A stretch of 63,997 nt of DNA, filler included, from Octopus bimaculoides (Eukaryota), in assembly GCF_001194135.2 (NCBI RefSeq). It is 4 parts of 4 records of this genome, joined end to end, with 100 filler letters (N's around TTAATTAATTAA, not from the genome) between each part and the next. Parts side by side here need not be neighbours in the genome. Positions count along the whole stretch, not along the records: positions 1 to 21,556 come from NC_068984.1; 3 more parts are not named here. One strand, 5' to 3'. The position numbers and the translations under genes were made by a program. Shown piece by piece: positions 1 to 12,699 of the stretch. Each line of letters opens with the position of its first letter. Position 1 is the stretch's first letter. The notes under the pieces were generated by a model. The model was not told where the DNA came from, searched no databases, and saw only the letters and a list, made by a program, of their open reading frames with translations.

Positions 1-24
1 ATATATATACATACACATACGTAT

Positions 25-91
<67 letters not shown>

Positions 92-174
92 CATACATAC
101 ATATATAAGGGTTAAAAAGGTCTCAATTTTATGGTTTCGTCTGAGAGGAAATAGAAAGACAGAGAAACTGAATT

Positions 175-305
175 GGAAGTTCATTTGTAACCCCTGGAAA
201 GAAGAAAGACAAAACTGACCTCAATTGAATTTGAACTTAAAGCATAAAAACATGGCCCGAATACCACATATTCTGTTCAATGATTTCATGACTGCCAACT
301 CGACG
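175..305 (-). mobile_element. Old SINE-B fragment
   Basis: gaaagacaaaactgacctcaattgaatttgaactta is the reverse complement of the family B core. A similar fragment lies at ~8365-8470. Confidence 0.5.
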
Positions 306-1081
306 GCTCTGTAATTTCCTTAATGTTAAATTTTCACTGATAGAAATGTATATCTTACTGAATTAACTGCCACTTTCATATAATATGAGCTCAAACAAGA
401 AATCCACTCATACCTGCCTACCTACCTACCTAGCTATCTACCTACCTATGTACATGCTTACATGCATGCATGGATAAATTTGTGCCTATTATTATATGTG
501 CATTGAGTAATGTGGCAACTGATTTGCGTAAAAGCCTAACAGCACAAAAGCTGGGATTTTCTCCAAATATCAAAGCAAACTAGTTCATATCCCCTTTATA
601 CAATCGATGAGTACTAGTGCAATGAAAATTGATAAAGCATTCCAGGGATTCTGCATGTGAGGTTCTTCAGTTGAACGTATACACGAAGTCACGTGTACAT
701 ATTAAATTCATACGTCCACATGAACAGTTATGAAGCCCTTACACTAGACATGGACTCCCATAGGTATAAATTATCCACCCTACTCACTACACACACTCAC
801 ATACACACACGCGCGCGCATGTACACACGTCACATGACCATTAACAAGGAAAGGGCCTTACCACTTTGTTAGAGACCGGTTTGAATTCTGTAAAGGAAAA
901 AAATTAAGTCTCTGAGAAACACACAGACACGCGCGTGCGCACGCACACATGCATACATACATACATACATACATACATACATACAAAAATGTATCCGTTT
1001 ATATGTACAATAACACACACAGTTACACAAACATTCTAAATCAATAATGTATTTATAAAGTCATCCGACCACAATTTCATA

Positions 1082-1157
1082 CATACAAACACATATCCGT
1101 ATAGCCAAGCAGACCCATACTCATACAAACACTTTCAAGCACAGCCAAGCAGACCCA
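1082..1157 (+). repeat. 40-bp minisatellite running into a gap
   Basis: catacaaacac...agccaagcagaccca repeated with period 40. Confidence 0.8.
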
Positions 1158-2204
1158 NNNNNNNNNNNNNNNNNNNNNNNNNNNNNNNNNNNNNNNNNNN
1201 NNNNNNNNNNNNNNNNNNNNNNNNNNNNNNNNNNNNNNNNNNNNNNNNNNNNNNNNNNNNNNNNNNNNNNNNNNNNNNNNNNNNNNNNNNNNNNNNNNNN
1301 NNNNNNNNNNNNNNNNNNNNNNNNNNNNNNNNNNNNNNNNNNNNNNNNNNNNNNNNNNNNNNNNNNNNNNNNNNNNNNNNNNNNNNNNNNNNNNNNNNNN
1401 NNNNNNNNNNNNNNNNNNNNNNNNNNNNNNNNNNNNNNNNNNNNNNNNNNNNNNNNNNNNNNNNNNNNNNNNNNNNNNNNNNNNNNNNNNNNNNNNNNNN
1501 NNNNNNNNNNNNNNNNNNNNNNNNNNNNNNNNNNNNNNNNNNNNNNNNNNNNNNNNNNNNNNNNNNNNNNNNNNNNNNNNNNNNNNNNNNNNNNNNNNNN
1601 NNNNNNNNNNNNNNNNNNNNNNNNNNNNNNNNNNNNNNNNNNNNNNNNNNNNNNNNNNNNNNNNNNNNNNNNNNNNNNNNNNNNNNNNNNNNNNNNNNNN
1701 NNNNNNNNNNNNNNNNNNNNNNNNNNNNNNNNNNNNNNNNNNNNNNNNNNNNNNNNNNNNNNNNNNNNNNNNNNNNNNNNNNNNNNNNNNNNNNNNNNNN
1801 NNNNNNNNNNNNNNNNNNNNNNNNNNNNNNNNNNNNNNNNNNNNNNNNNNNNNNNNNNNNNNNNNNNNNNNNNNNNNNNNNNNNNNTACACACATACACG
1901 CGGATACATAAAAAAGATTTTTTAAATCCCCAAACTTCTAAATATACTCATGGTTGAATTTACACACACACACACATATTTATAAATGATTTCATTCATA
2001 TATACATATATTAATTCATTCATATATTCATATACATTTATATGCACATCACGAAGTGGACATAAAGATATAGATATATATGCATAAATGCATGCATACT
2101 CACTCTTAAACAGTTATGTACACACACACACACACACACACACACACTCCTCTCTTTCTCTTTCTCTTTCACACACACACACACACAGCGAGAGAGAGAA
2201 TAAT

Positions 2205-2242
<38 letters not shown>

Positions 2243-2311
2243 NNNNNNNNNNNNNNNNNNNNNNNNNNNNNNNNNNNNNNNNNNNNNNNNNNNNNNNNNN
2301 NNNNNNNNNNN

Positions 2312-2361
<50 letters not shown>

Positions 2362-2619
2362 TTATATATATATGTATGTATGTATTTATGTATGCACACA
2401 CACACACATATGGGCATATACGCACATACATACAAGCACGCACACATACAAAACACGGAGATACTTTTGCAAGCACTTGGCCATATTTTTTGACATGTCC
2501 AAACACATCTGAAGATATCGGTCAACGTTGGTGTACATGTCTACACTATTGCCTGTATAGATCTCTCGTATATACACTGGAAACACCTATAAACATTGCT
2601 CTGCATGTTTCTGCTAGTG

Positions 2620-2656
<37 letters not shown>

Positions 2657-2737
2657 TCATGCACACACGCACACACGCACACACACATCGACATTATCAC
2701 ACACGTATTCACATAACATCCGTACAAGAATACGTAA

Positions 2738-2796
<59 letters not shown>

Positions 2797-3319
2797 TCAC
2801 ACACACGCACACACACACACACATATGCATATGTGTATGCATATGTACATATGTGTATGTTAGGCTCGATGGATATGTGTATGTATGTGCATGTATACGT
2901 ATGTGTACATGTACGCATACGTACATATATGCATATGTATGTATGTGTACGTGTGTGTGTGTGTGTGTTTAGGTATGTGTGTATGTATGTGTCTGGTTGT
3001 GTGTGTGTGAATACACATAAGCATTCATAGATTCGTGCAAGAAAGTTGAATGGAAAAGCAAACAATCACGGAACTGAAAACGTTGACGATGGGGGGTGTC
3101 TACAAGCTGGTTGTGGTAGGGGTGGTGTTTCCGTGTGGGCGCCTCTGTGTGTGTGTGTGTGTGAGTGAGTGTGTGTGAGCCAGTGTGCACGCGCGTGAGC
3201 GTGTGTGTGAACACATTATTGTGTCATTTACAAACTGCCAGACACGGAATAATAATAGGAACAACAAGCATGAAAACAATCACACGCTCCTCACAACACA
3301 CACACACACACACACACAT

Positions 3320-3352
<33 letters not shown>

Positions 3353-3470
3353 GACACACTCACACACATACCTTGTATCTAAGATACAAAGACACGCAGA
3401 CACACCCATTCACATACACACACACACTGATACTCATTCGTATGTATATGCACATATATAGACACATGTG

Positions 3471-3508
<38 letters not shown>

Positions 3509-3518
3509 CATACATGCA

Positions 3519-3549
<31 letters not shown>

Positions 3550-3573
3550 GTATTTGTATATTTACATACATAC

Positions 3574-3607
<34 letters not shown>

Positions 3608-4262
3608 GTATATGTATGTGTATACACCACTGCAACATTAATGTGCACAAACACCACCCTCGCCACCGCCACTATCACCACCACCACCAACAGCAACAAC
3701 AGCTCAGTGTTTCTATAGATGCTGCTGCACGCGCGTCTACACAGGCATTGAAAATCCAATAACACGGTGGTGTCATCATGGACATCACCAGCAGCATCGG
3801 TTGCAGCCGCAGCAGCCACAGTAGCAACAGCAGCGAAAGACGGTGCTGCTGCTGCTGTTGCTAGTGTTTGTTGCATCTGCACTACTATCAACTGCATCAG
3901 GAGCAGAGCATCTTTATGAAGAGGGTAGGTGGGTGGTACAAACAGTTGGAGTGATATAAATATATATATGTGTGCGTGTGTGTTTGTGTGTGTGTGTGTT
4001 TGTATGTGTGTATGCACATGTGTATATGTGTGGTGTATGAGGGAGTGAAAGAAAGGGTGTCATGATGTGATGGAGTGCCGGGGAAAAGATAGGGAGTTAG
4101 TGAATGAAGGCGAGAAGCATAGGGTGAAGTAATGAATGGAAATCAGGAAAAAGAGACGGAGAAAAAGGGCGGATAGAAAGTGAAAAAGAAAAGTATGTGT
4201 GTGTGTGTGTGTGTTCATGTATATATTTGTATATATGTAGGGAGTGAGCGAGAGAGAGAGAG

Positions 4263-4338
<76 letters not shown>

Positions 4339-4442
4339 ATTAAAGATAAGAGAAATACGTGTTGTATAAGTGATAAAAAAGATAGATAGACAGCTGGATG
4401 AAGAACATTATATACATTTAGGCATGTGTATGTATGTATGTG

Positions 4443-4487
<45 letters not shown>

Positions 4488-5029
4488 GCATACATACATG
4501 CATATATACATACACAGCATAAACTGACATTAAATAAAATTACACACGCATACATACTCATATACATACATTGTATATAATTCTATGATAAGACAATAAT
4601 AACAAAACACACACCTTTGTACGCATAACACACATTCATACATATACACATGCATTCATAAAGTTTAGGGAAGAATGAACCACATTGATTAAAGAGAGCA
4701 GGCGGCGGTGAGGGAATGTTGAAGATTGTATGTAGTAAAGTTGATGAGATGGGTGTCTTGCTGGCTGGCTGGCTGGCTGGTTGGCTGGCTGGTTGGCTGG
4801 CTGGTTGGTCGGCTGGCAGGATGAATGGGGACATTTGATTTGACAGATGGAGGATACAGATGTGAATGAAGAGGAATATTGAATGAAAAAATGATGATCA
4901 GGGGGCGGAGTTGAAATGTAGGCATAAGGCCTCGAATTTATGATGTAGGAGGAAGAAGAAAGGGAGACAGAGTTGAATGAATTCTGCCCCAGTATTTGAC
5001 TGGTGCATTTTACGTATTTTTTTTTACCT

Positions 5030-5351
5030 ATTTATTTGTTTCAGTCATTGAGTTGCGGCCATGCTGGGGCACCGCCTTCAAAGGTTTTAACCGAGCAAAT
5101 CGCTCACTCCAGTAGTTATTTTTAAAGTTAAGCTTGATTCTATCGGTCTCTTTTGCGATCGCTAAGTAACGAGCACATAAACAAACCAGCACTAATTCCA
5201 AGCAGAAGAGGAGTTACAAACACAGGCACAAAGACACACACACACATACGTATATGTGTGTGTGTGTGGTAGGGGTCGATTTGCTCGACTAAAGGCGGTG
5301 CTCCAGCATGGCCACAGTCAAATGACTGAAACAAGTAAAAGAATAAAAGAA

Positions 5352-5352
<1 letters not shown>
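5030..5352. mobile_element. Two SINE-A 3' halves in opposite orientation
   Basis: 5030-5245 is a minus-strand 3' half; 5272-5352 is a plus-strand tail (ggggtcgatttgctcgactaaaggcggtgctccagcatggcc...gaaacaagtaaaagaataaaagaata). Confidence 0.8.
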
Positions 5353-5394
<42 letters not shown>

Positions 5395-5644
5395 TCTATA
5401 ATATAAATTGAAGTTGGCCGACCGTTGTATTCTTTCTTGTCTTGAGGTTCACGGCCAAACGGCTGGGTGGATTCGCGTGAAAAATGGCACACATGTGGAG
5501 ACGTGTGCATAGATTGGAACGTGCTTTCTATTTTTTCCTAGTCCCCATACTTACAAAGAAAATCGATTAAAACAACTTGCGTGCGTGCGTGCGTGTATGT
5601 GAGTGTGTGTCACTGAAGCCATTCATACATATATACGTAAACCT

Positions 5645-6000
5645 TGAGTCAACCTCGAGCCTTGTGAATGGATTTGGATAGACTGAAATTGCAAGAAGCT
5701 TGTCGTATATTTATATGTATATATGTGTGTGCGTGTGTGTGTGTGTGTGTATGTGTATGTGTGCGTGCGTGTGTGTGCGTGCGCGCCTGTATGTTTGTGT
5801 GAGTGTCGTGTGTATGTATGTGTCTGTTTGTGCTTGTTTTTGTCACCTCCTCCTTACCGCTTAACAATCGGTGTTGATGTATTTACGTCTCTGTAAGATA
5901 GCGGTTCGGCAAATGAGATCGATAGGAAAAGTACTGGGGTCGATTCATTCGACAAAATTCTTCAAGGCGCAGTGTAATGACTGAAAGAAGTAAAAGATAA
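5645..6000 (+). mobile_element. SINE family A, 5'-truncated and diverged
   Basis: gccttgtgaatggatttggatagactgaaa, an expanded (TG)n tract, then gcggttcggcaaatgagatcgatag and aatgactgaaagaagtaaaag. Confidence 0.75.
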
Positions 6001-6011
6001 TACATACATAT

Positions 6012-6070
<59 letters not shown>

Positions 6071-6240
6071 CACACACACACATTTTACACCAGTAATTGC
6101 GCCGAGCAATGTTTATGCATAAGCGAACTTTAGGTTGATATATTTAAACTTCTAAAGGCAAATTCGCAGCAGTTAGTTTGAAGAAAAATTTTCTCTCTTA
6201 TTGTAAAAAAGTGTAAAGATGCCATATCTGCTCAGTGCTG

Positions 6241-6281
6241 CCCCAGACGCGTTTCTAACTCTTTTGCCTTTATCAATGGGA
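6241..6281 (-). ncRNA. Minimal type I hammerhead ribozyme motif, U3-A8 core variant
   Basis: Minus strand reads (t)ccca-TTGATAA-a-ggc-aaaaga-gtt-a-GAAA-cgcg-TC-tggg(g). Stem I is ccca/tggg, stem II is weak (two G.U pairs), stem III is the palindrome ACGCGT, and the cleavage triplet is GUC. Confidence 0.6.
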
Positions 6282-6554
6282 AATACCGAAGAGAGGTAAC
6301 TCTGGACAGACTTAATTAAAGCCGTAGCTTTAACTAAAACACAGTCAACAACTCTGACTGAGTTGCGCCATTGGACGGCCAAGTCAGAAAAAATTACAGC
6401 AGTATTAGCGCCAAGCAGTGTTCAGGCATAAACGAAATTTAGGTTAGTTAAAATGTTTGTGACATCTTTCAACTACTAAATTTATTTCAGTCAATATTGT
6501 TGACTATATTTTAGTTAAAGCTATGGCTTTGATTAAGTTTGTCCCAAATTGCTT

Positions 6555-6595
6555 TCTCATTGATAACGGCTAAAGATCTAGAAACGTGTCAGGGA
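6555..6595 (+). ncRNA. Degenerate minimal hammerhead motif, U3-A8 core variant (inverted paralog of 6241-6281)
   Basis: tctca-TTGATAA-c-ggc-taaaga-tct-a-GAAA-cgtg-TC-aggga. It has the same core as the minus-strand copy. The first stem I pair is an A.A mismatch and stem II is imperfect. Confidence 0.5.
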
Positions 6596-6863
6596 GAAGC
6601 ACTAGACAGATATGTTTTTTTTTTTTTACACGTTTTTACCATGAGAGAAAAAGTATTTTTTCTCCACGGTAACTGCAGTGAATTTACTTTTTGGCAGTTG
6701 AAATACGTTACAAAGATATTTTAACTAACCTAATATATTCGTAGCTTGTCTTTAATCATTCCAATATCGATAAGTGAGGTATCAGTCAAGTATTGCAATC
6801 GATTCTCTCTTCTCTCTCTTCTCTCTGTTTCTGTCTGTCTGTCTGTACCTGTCTGTCTCTCCA

Positions 6864-6924
<61 letters not shown>

Positions 6925-7180
6925 NNNNNNNNNNNNNNNNNNNNNNNNNNNNNNNNNNNNNNNNNNNNNNNNNNNNNNNNNNNNNNNNNNNNNNNNNNNN
7001 NNNNNNNNNNNNNNNNNNNNNNNNNNNNNNNNNNNNNNNNNNNNNNNNNNNNNNNNNNNNNNNNNNNNNNNNNNNNNNNNNNNNNNNNNNNNNNNNNNNN
7101 NNNNNNNNNNNNNNNNNNNNNNNNNNNNNNNNNNNNNNNNNNNNNNNNNNNNNNNNNNNNNNNNNNNNNNNNNCTCCTCC

Positions 7181-7230
<50 letters not shown>

Positions 7231-7625
7231 TTCATCATCGATTTACTTTATGAACTTGGATGATAACCGAACCAATCCTACACGCGATGTTTGACACAAG
7301 TCCTCAAGTCGATAATATAAGAATATTGAACGATAACTTGCAGGGTGGTTTCCTCATCCTGCGCGCATTTCGGTTATTCATACTTCCGTGTCTTTAGAGA
7401 GAGCATCAAACAAAAGATGCCCTTCCTCCATTATAACGCTGCTTTGCCAAGGACTTGCCAAGTCGTTTATAGTCTCCTGATTTCTAACATGAGCACAAAT
7501 TCACAAATTTGGTGAAGACATGCAATCGTTTTAAGATTGCAAATTCACAGAGTCGATAGAAGATCGGATAGAATGTGTTGCGCTGTTTGTTTCGGCTCAC
7601 TGCAGTCTTTTATTCTTTGGTTGTT

Positions 7626-7663
7626 TACAGATAAAGGTACCAATCCTGGTACCTTTATCTGTA
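7626..7663. repeat. Perfect inverted repeat, 17-bp arms, 4-nt loop
   Basis: tacagataaaggtacca-atcc-tggtacctttatctgta. Confidence 0.95.
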
Positions 7664-7789
7664 CATGGAATTCTTAGAGTGTTGGACATGACCCCTGACG
7701 GTATCTATTCCGGCTTTTTACTTTCTGACTGTTTGGTCTGCGACAGTACTGGTGCTTAACTTTATCAGATCTTGCTTTTCTCTAAGACA

Positions 7790-8250
7790 TCATTGGTGGC
7801 GTTGCTATTGTTGTTGTTGTTGGTGGTGTTGTTGATGGTATCGGTGCCAGTGCTAGTGGTGTTGTTGGTGGTATTAATGACGTCATTGATATTTCTGATA
7901 GTACTAACGGTGTTGGTGACAGAGTTGATCGTATGAGCAGCGGTGTTCTTGTTGGTGCTGGTGCGGCTAATGATGTTGGTGTTTTTGGTGCTGCTAGTGT
8001 TGATGGTGCTGTTGCTGTTGGTATTGAAGGTCTTGGTGGTAGTGTTGGTGGTGTAGGTCGTGGTGCCTAGAGCCTTAGCAGTCGCGGTCGTGTTTGTTTT
8101 GTTGGTGGTGTTGATGGTGACGTTGTTAGTATTGATAATGTTTGTGGTGATGGTCCTGATGCTGATGATGGTGTTGGTGGTGATAGAAGTGGCGCTGATA
8201 ATGTTGGTGGTGACGTTGATGGTGTGTTGGCGTTGGTGTTGGTAGTGTAT
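7790..8250. repeat. Cryptic trinucleotide (TGT/TGG/TGC/TGA) low-complexity tract
   Basis: Degenerate gtt/ggt/gat/gct triplets. These explain the Thr/Asn-rich ORF 7765-8271. Similar tracts occur at 9020-9180 and 9620-9990. Confidence 0.85.
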
Positions 8251-8499
8251 TAGAAGCTGCTGGTCTTCCATAAATTAAAGAAAAAAATTCCTGCATGTGC
8301 TGGAGTAAGAGTTTCCCTGTTCAGATCATTGGCGTCGCATGACCACACACAACCACTTATATGGACCACAGTTCATAACTGGTACTTTATTTCATCAATC
8401 CAAGAACGATAAACGGTAAAGTTGATCTTGGTGGGATTTGAACTCAGAACCAGAAGAAATATAACAAGATATTGTATTGTAGTTTGACATTAATTATAT

Positions 8500-8716
8500 C
8501 TGGTGAATTGGTAAAAATCATTAGAACATCAGGCAAAATGCCTTACGGTATTTAATTATAGTGTTTCACATTCTGAATTGAAACTCCTCCGAGGTCAACC
8601 TTGCCTTTCATCTTTTTGGAATCGATAAAATAAAGTACCAGTCAAGTACCGGGGTCGATATAATCGACTGATCCCCTTCCCCAAATTTCAGGCCTAGTGC
8701 CTATGTTTTGAATCAA
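8500..8716 (+). mobile_element. SINE family B
   Basis: ctgaattgaaactcctccgaggtcaaccttgcctttcatc...gataaaataaagtaccagtc...ggggtcgatataatcgact recurs at 19312, 57205 and 57430. Confidence 0.75.
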
Positions 8717-9184
8717 TTATATACAATGCACTAATGACTATGTCATTCATTAAATACTGTTAGTATTGTGACGGGAAACGAAGGCGTGCGGGGGCGGGAT
8801 TGAGAATCATCATCAATGAATAGTTGCTTGTTGTGGATAGTGGCTATGGCGGAGATGGAAGAGGCCAAGAGAAAGACAGCGCGTGCGCGCGTGCGCGCGC
8901 GCGTGTGTGAGTGTGTGTGTGTGTGTGCGTGAGAGGGATGGAGAGGGGCAGGAGTGAGAGATGAGGAGAAAATCAAAGAGAAGAAAAAGAAATATTGATG
9001 ATGGAGGAGAAACAAGAATTATATGATAATGTTGATGGCGGTGGTGGTGGTTGTGGTGGTGGTGGCGGTACTGCTGCTGCTGCTGGGGTTCCCAGTGGTT
9101 ACTGCGGCAACTGTGTTGATGCTGTTGGTGGTATTGACGTTGATGCTGGTGGTGTTGGTGTTGATAGTGTTGCTGATGGTGTAT

Positions 9185-9601
9185 CTCTTTTACTCTCTTT
9201 TACTTGTTTCAGTCATTTGACTGCGGCCATGCTGGAGCACCGCCTTTAGTCGAACAAATCGACCCCAGGACTTATTCTTTAGAAGCCTAGTTCTTATTCT
9301 ATCGGTCTCTATTGCCGAACCGCTAAGTTACGGGGACATAAACACACCAGCATCGGTTGTCAAGCGATGTTGGGGGGACAAACACAGACACACAAATCAC
9401 ATACACACATACATATATATATACATATACATATATACGACAGGCTTCTTTCAGTTTCCGTCTACCAAATCCACTCACAAGGCTTTGGTCGGCTCGAGGC
9501 TATAGTAGAAGACACTTGCCCAAGGTGCCATGCAGTGAGATTGAACCCCGGACCATGTGGTTGGTAAGCAAGCTACTTACCACACAGCCACTCCTGCGCC
9601 T
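9185..9601 (-). mobile_element. tRNA-derived SINE family A, near full-length
   Basis: Minus strand head ggcgcaggagtggctgtgtggtaag (A box), ggttcaatc (B box), caccttgggcaag, an internal (TG/TA)n tract, and a tail gcggtgctccagcatggccgcagtcaaatgactgaaacaagtaaaagag. Many copies are present in the window. Confidence 0.9.
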
Positions 9602-10029
9602 GTATGTAAACTTGTTTGATAGTATTATTGTTGATGTTGGTGTTCGAGGTGTTTGTTTGCAGAATTCTCATATTGTTCTTGTTGTTATTAAGTGATGCCG
9701 TCGGTGCTTTGTGTGTTACTGGGAGATAGTGTTATTGTTGGTGTTGATGCTGTTGTTGTTGATCGGATTGGTTAGTGTTGATGCTGTTGTTGTTGGCAGT
9801 GTTGTTGGTTGCTGTTGATGTTCTTGGTGGTGGCAACAGTATTGAAGGGCTGGCAAGGGTTGCAGAATTCGACGGGGTGGAGGGAGGGGATGCTGGACAT
9901 TTATGGTAATTGCGGTGGTGGTGAGGATTGTGTTAAGTGTGATGGTTATAGTGGTGTTGGTGGTGTTGGTGGTAGTTTGGTGGTGGAGATTCTGTGGTAG
10001 TGTACGCGGTGACGTTGGCGATACTTATA

Positions 10030-10033
10030 GTAA

Positions 10034-10108
<75 letters not shown>

Positions 10109-10190
10109 CAGCAGCAGCAACAGCAGCAGCAACAGCAGCAGCAGAAGCATGATTATTATTATTATTATTATTAATAATAATAACAATAGC

Positions 10191-10230
<40 letters not shown>

Positions 10231-10284
10231 ATAGCAGCAGCAGCAGAAGCAGTAGTAGTAGTAGTAGCAGCAGCAGCAGTGGTT

Positions 10285-10320
<36 letters not shown>
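10030..10320 (+). repeat. Compound (AGC)n/(AGT)n/(ATT)n microsatellite
   Basis: Directly visible; the source of the poly-Ser and poly-Leu ORFs. Confidence 0.95.
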
Positions 10321-10402
10321 ATAATGCGGCAGATATTACGAGGGAGTATTCTGTGTATGAGGGGTTAGGGTAGTAGCGGCGATAGTAATAGTGGTGGGGG
10401 TC

Positions 10403-10474
<72 letters not shown>

Positions 10475-10877
10475 AGCCTCGGATTTGATGAATGGAAGGA
10501 TACAGGGAGAGAAAAAGAGAAAGAAAGAAAGAAAAATCATGAATGGAGCGAGAAAGATGGAGATCGTGGGTTCTGATAGGTTAAAGTGTGAACGGATGGC
10601 AAGCTGTCAGATCCTCCAACCCACCATTGCCAGCCCCCAGCCCCGCCAGAACCGTGCTGCTTCTTTACGCCTTAACCTCCTCATCATCCTCCTATCTAGC
10701 CCTAAACCCCATACTCCCCACCCTTTGGAGAGCTAGGCTGAATATACTGAAGATGTTTTAATGAAGAGGGGGGGAGTTTTTTTCTTTTACGTGAGTGAGC
10801 AAAGCCAAGTATGAAGGAGAAAACGCGGAATGAAGACAGAGAGAAAGTGGGACAGAGAGAGAGGAAGACAGAGAGAA

Positions 10878-10925
<48 letters not shown>

Positions 10926-11130
10926 TGTGTGTGTGTGGAGGGGATGTGAAGGGAACGATTGAGGAACTGGGAGAAGGAGTAGGAAAGGGGAAATAGGAAG
11001 AACGAAAGCAGTATTGAGAGGGAGCAAGGTGATGGCAGAAATGGAGACGATGGTGATGAAATTATTGGTGGAAGCGAACAAACGTCTGCGTGTTTCAAAG
11101 TTGAAGCTGTTGTAATTGCTGTTGCTGTCG

Positions 11131-11168
<38 letters not shown>

Positions 11169-11461
11169 GTATAGCCCCCAATCCAGTCTTGTTTGAGTTG
11201 ACCTATAATCAAAGGACGGTCTTTCTTACAGTATATCCTCGATATTACAGTGTCTGATGTGTTCTTAGCTGTTTTTTAAAGACAATACATTATGATTCGA
11301 GAAAAATTTAGCAGCTACTTCTGGTTGGTCAACTGACGGCGGAAAGAGGAGATAAAATTATCTCCCCTTTTCTTTGTGAGTCACTAACAATTACCCCTAA
11401 ATTTTTGTGCCCCTTCTCTTACTATGCATCAAGAATAGTTTTTTGCATAGACCATTCAGCA

Positions 11462-11677
11462 TGTCAGCTTCTTAACATATTGATCTAAAGTATTGTCATT
11501 AGTCTACTTCAATTATTTTCTTTAGCTCATTATTAGCTCATTTTGTTTTTAATAAATTTATCTAGGGCTACATTAGAATGTAGCCCTAGATAATGTATCT
11601 TGCCTTATATAAGACGGTATGGTGTGATTTGAGGGAGATTTAGTTAGTTGCTATTTCTCGCTGTGTTAGGGAAGCTA
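11462..11677 (+). repeat. Dispersed repeat with a perfect 17-bp-arm hairpin; inverted partner at 14990-15180
   Basis: ttatctagggctacatt-ag-aatgtagccctagataa at 11558-11593; the whole segment is the reverse complement of 14990-15180 apart from small indels. Confidence 0.85.
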
Positions 11678-12199
11678 AATAGCTATAAAAGAGTAATGAA
11701 AGTAAAATCTGTTTGGAAACAAAAAGCTTTTACATCACTTTCTGGGGCGTTAAGCGACAAAGAGTAAAAGACTTACCACTGGACCAGACGCCAGTCAGTC
11801 GCAAGGTTAACCTTCCCACCCGGTCTGGGAATCGTGTTCACAATGTTATGATCATGAGTTCAGCATCTTGACCACCTGATATTGTAGATTCATACCTAGG
11901 GTCGATTTTGTATCAGTTTCTAGGAGAATAGAGAGCATTAGCCCAACTTCCCATACACACCTAGCGGGATTTTAATCCAGAATCAAGAAAGAAACTAAAT
12001 ACTTCAACACCATTGATTTTCATTTCAACTGTTCTAAAAATAGATGGAGAAAATACGAAGGATTACTTTGGTATAATGGTAGAACATCTGTCATGTTTAC
12101 AGATGTTCTACCATTATACTTTTTTTGTCCACGGATTTTTTTAACCCAATATTCTACTCGCTATCATTATAGCTCTCTCTCTCTCTCTCACCCCTCAGG

Positions 12200-12549
12200 C
12201 CAGGTAACCATGTACCTCCTCTGTAGCAAGACACCTGTTTCTGCTTCTCCTCTGTTATACTCGAATCTTTCATCATCTGACACAAGATTACCTTCTCCAA
12301 TGTTCCCTCCCTCTCTCAAAAATTCCTTGTTTTGCAAGTTACTTGGTGACCCTGCCAGTGTTAGTGCCACGTAAAAGAAAACATTCAGTCCACACTGTGA
12401 AGTGATTGGCATTTGGAAGGGCATCTAGCTGTAAAAACCATGCCAGAACAGACACAGTAGTCTGGTGTAGTCTTCTACCTGGCCGGCTCCTGTCAAACCA
12501 TCCAACCCATGCCAGCATGGAAGGCGGACGTTAAACGATGATGATGACG

Positions 12550-12551
<2 letters not shown>
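12200..12551 (+). mobile_element. 3' end of a retroposon with (GAT)n tail (RTE-like LINE/SINE)
   Basis: Ends ctcctgtcaaaccatccaacccatgccagcatggaaggcggacgttaaacgatgatgatgacga; the short tandem tail is typical of RTE-clade 3' ends. Confidence 0.55.
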
Positions 12552-12594
<43 letters not shown>

Positions 12595-12699
12595 TGTGTG
12601 CATACATACAAATATATATACATATATACATAGTTACACATACACACAAACACACATACATGACATGACATGAAACTGAAGCAATTTATGTTAATAATA

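Larger units (their letters stand above)
6084..6610. mobile_element. Rearranged repeat with direct and inverted segments carrying HHRs (probable PLE pseudo-LTR relic)
   Basis: Inverted homology between ~6230-6361 and ~6487-6610 (ggacagacttaattaaagccgtagctttaactaaaa vs the reverse complement ggacaaacttaatcaaagccatagctttaactaaaa). Direct homology between ~6084-6136 and ~6393-6446. PLE assignment is inferred from the minimal HHRs. Confidence 0.45.

Noticed and set aside
3640-3930. Ala/Gln/His-rich stretch that could be an exon
   Set aside because: It is low-complexity CAG/CAC-derived sequence, and the plus frames all stop before the apparent donor.
7337-7395. ttgcag|GGFLILRAFRLF resembling an ion-channel S4 segment
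   Set aside because: An in-frame stop follows with no donor site; the similarity is too short.
7765-8271. 168-aa Thr/Asn-rich ORF resembling a mucin
   Set aside because: It is explained by cryptic trinucleotide simplicity; there is no domain or splice support.
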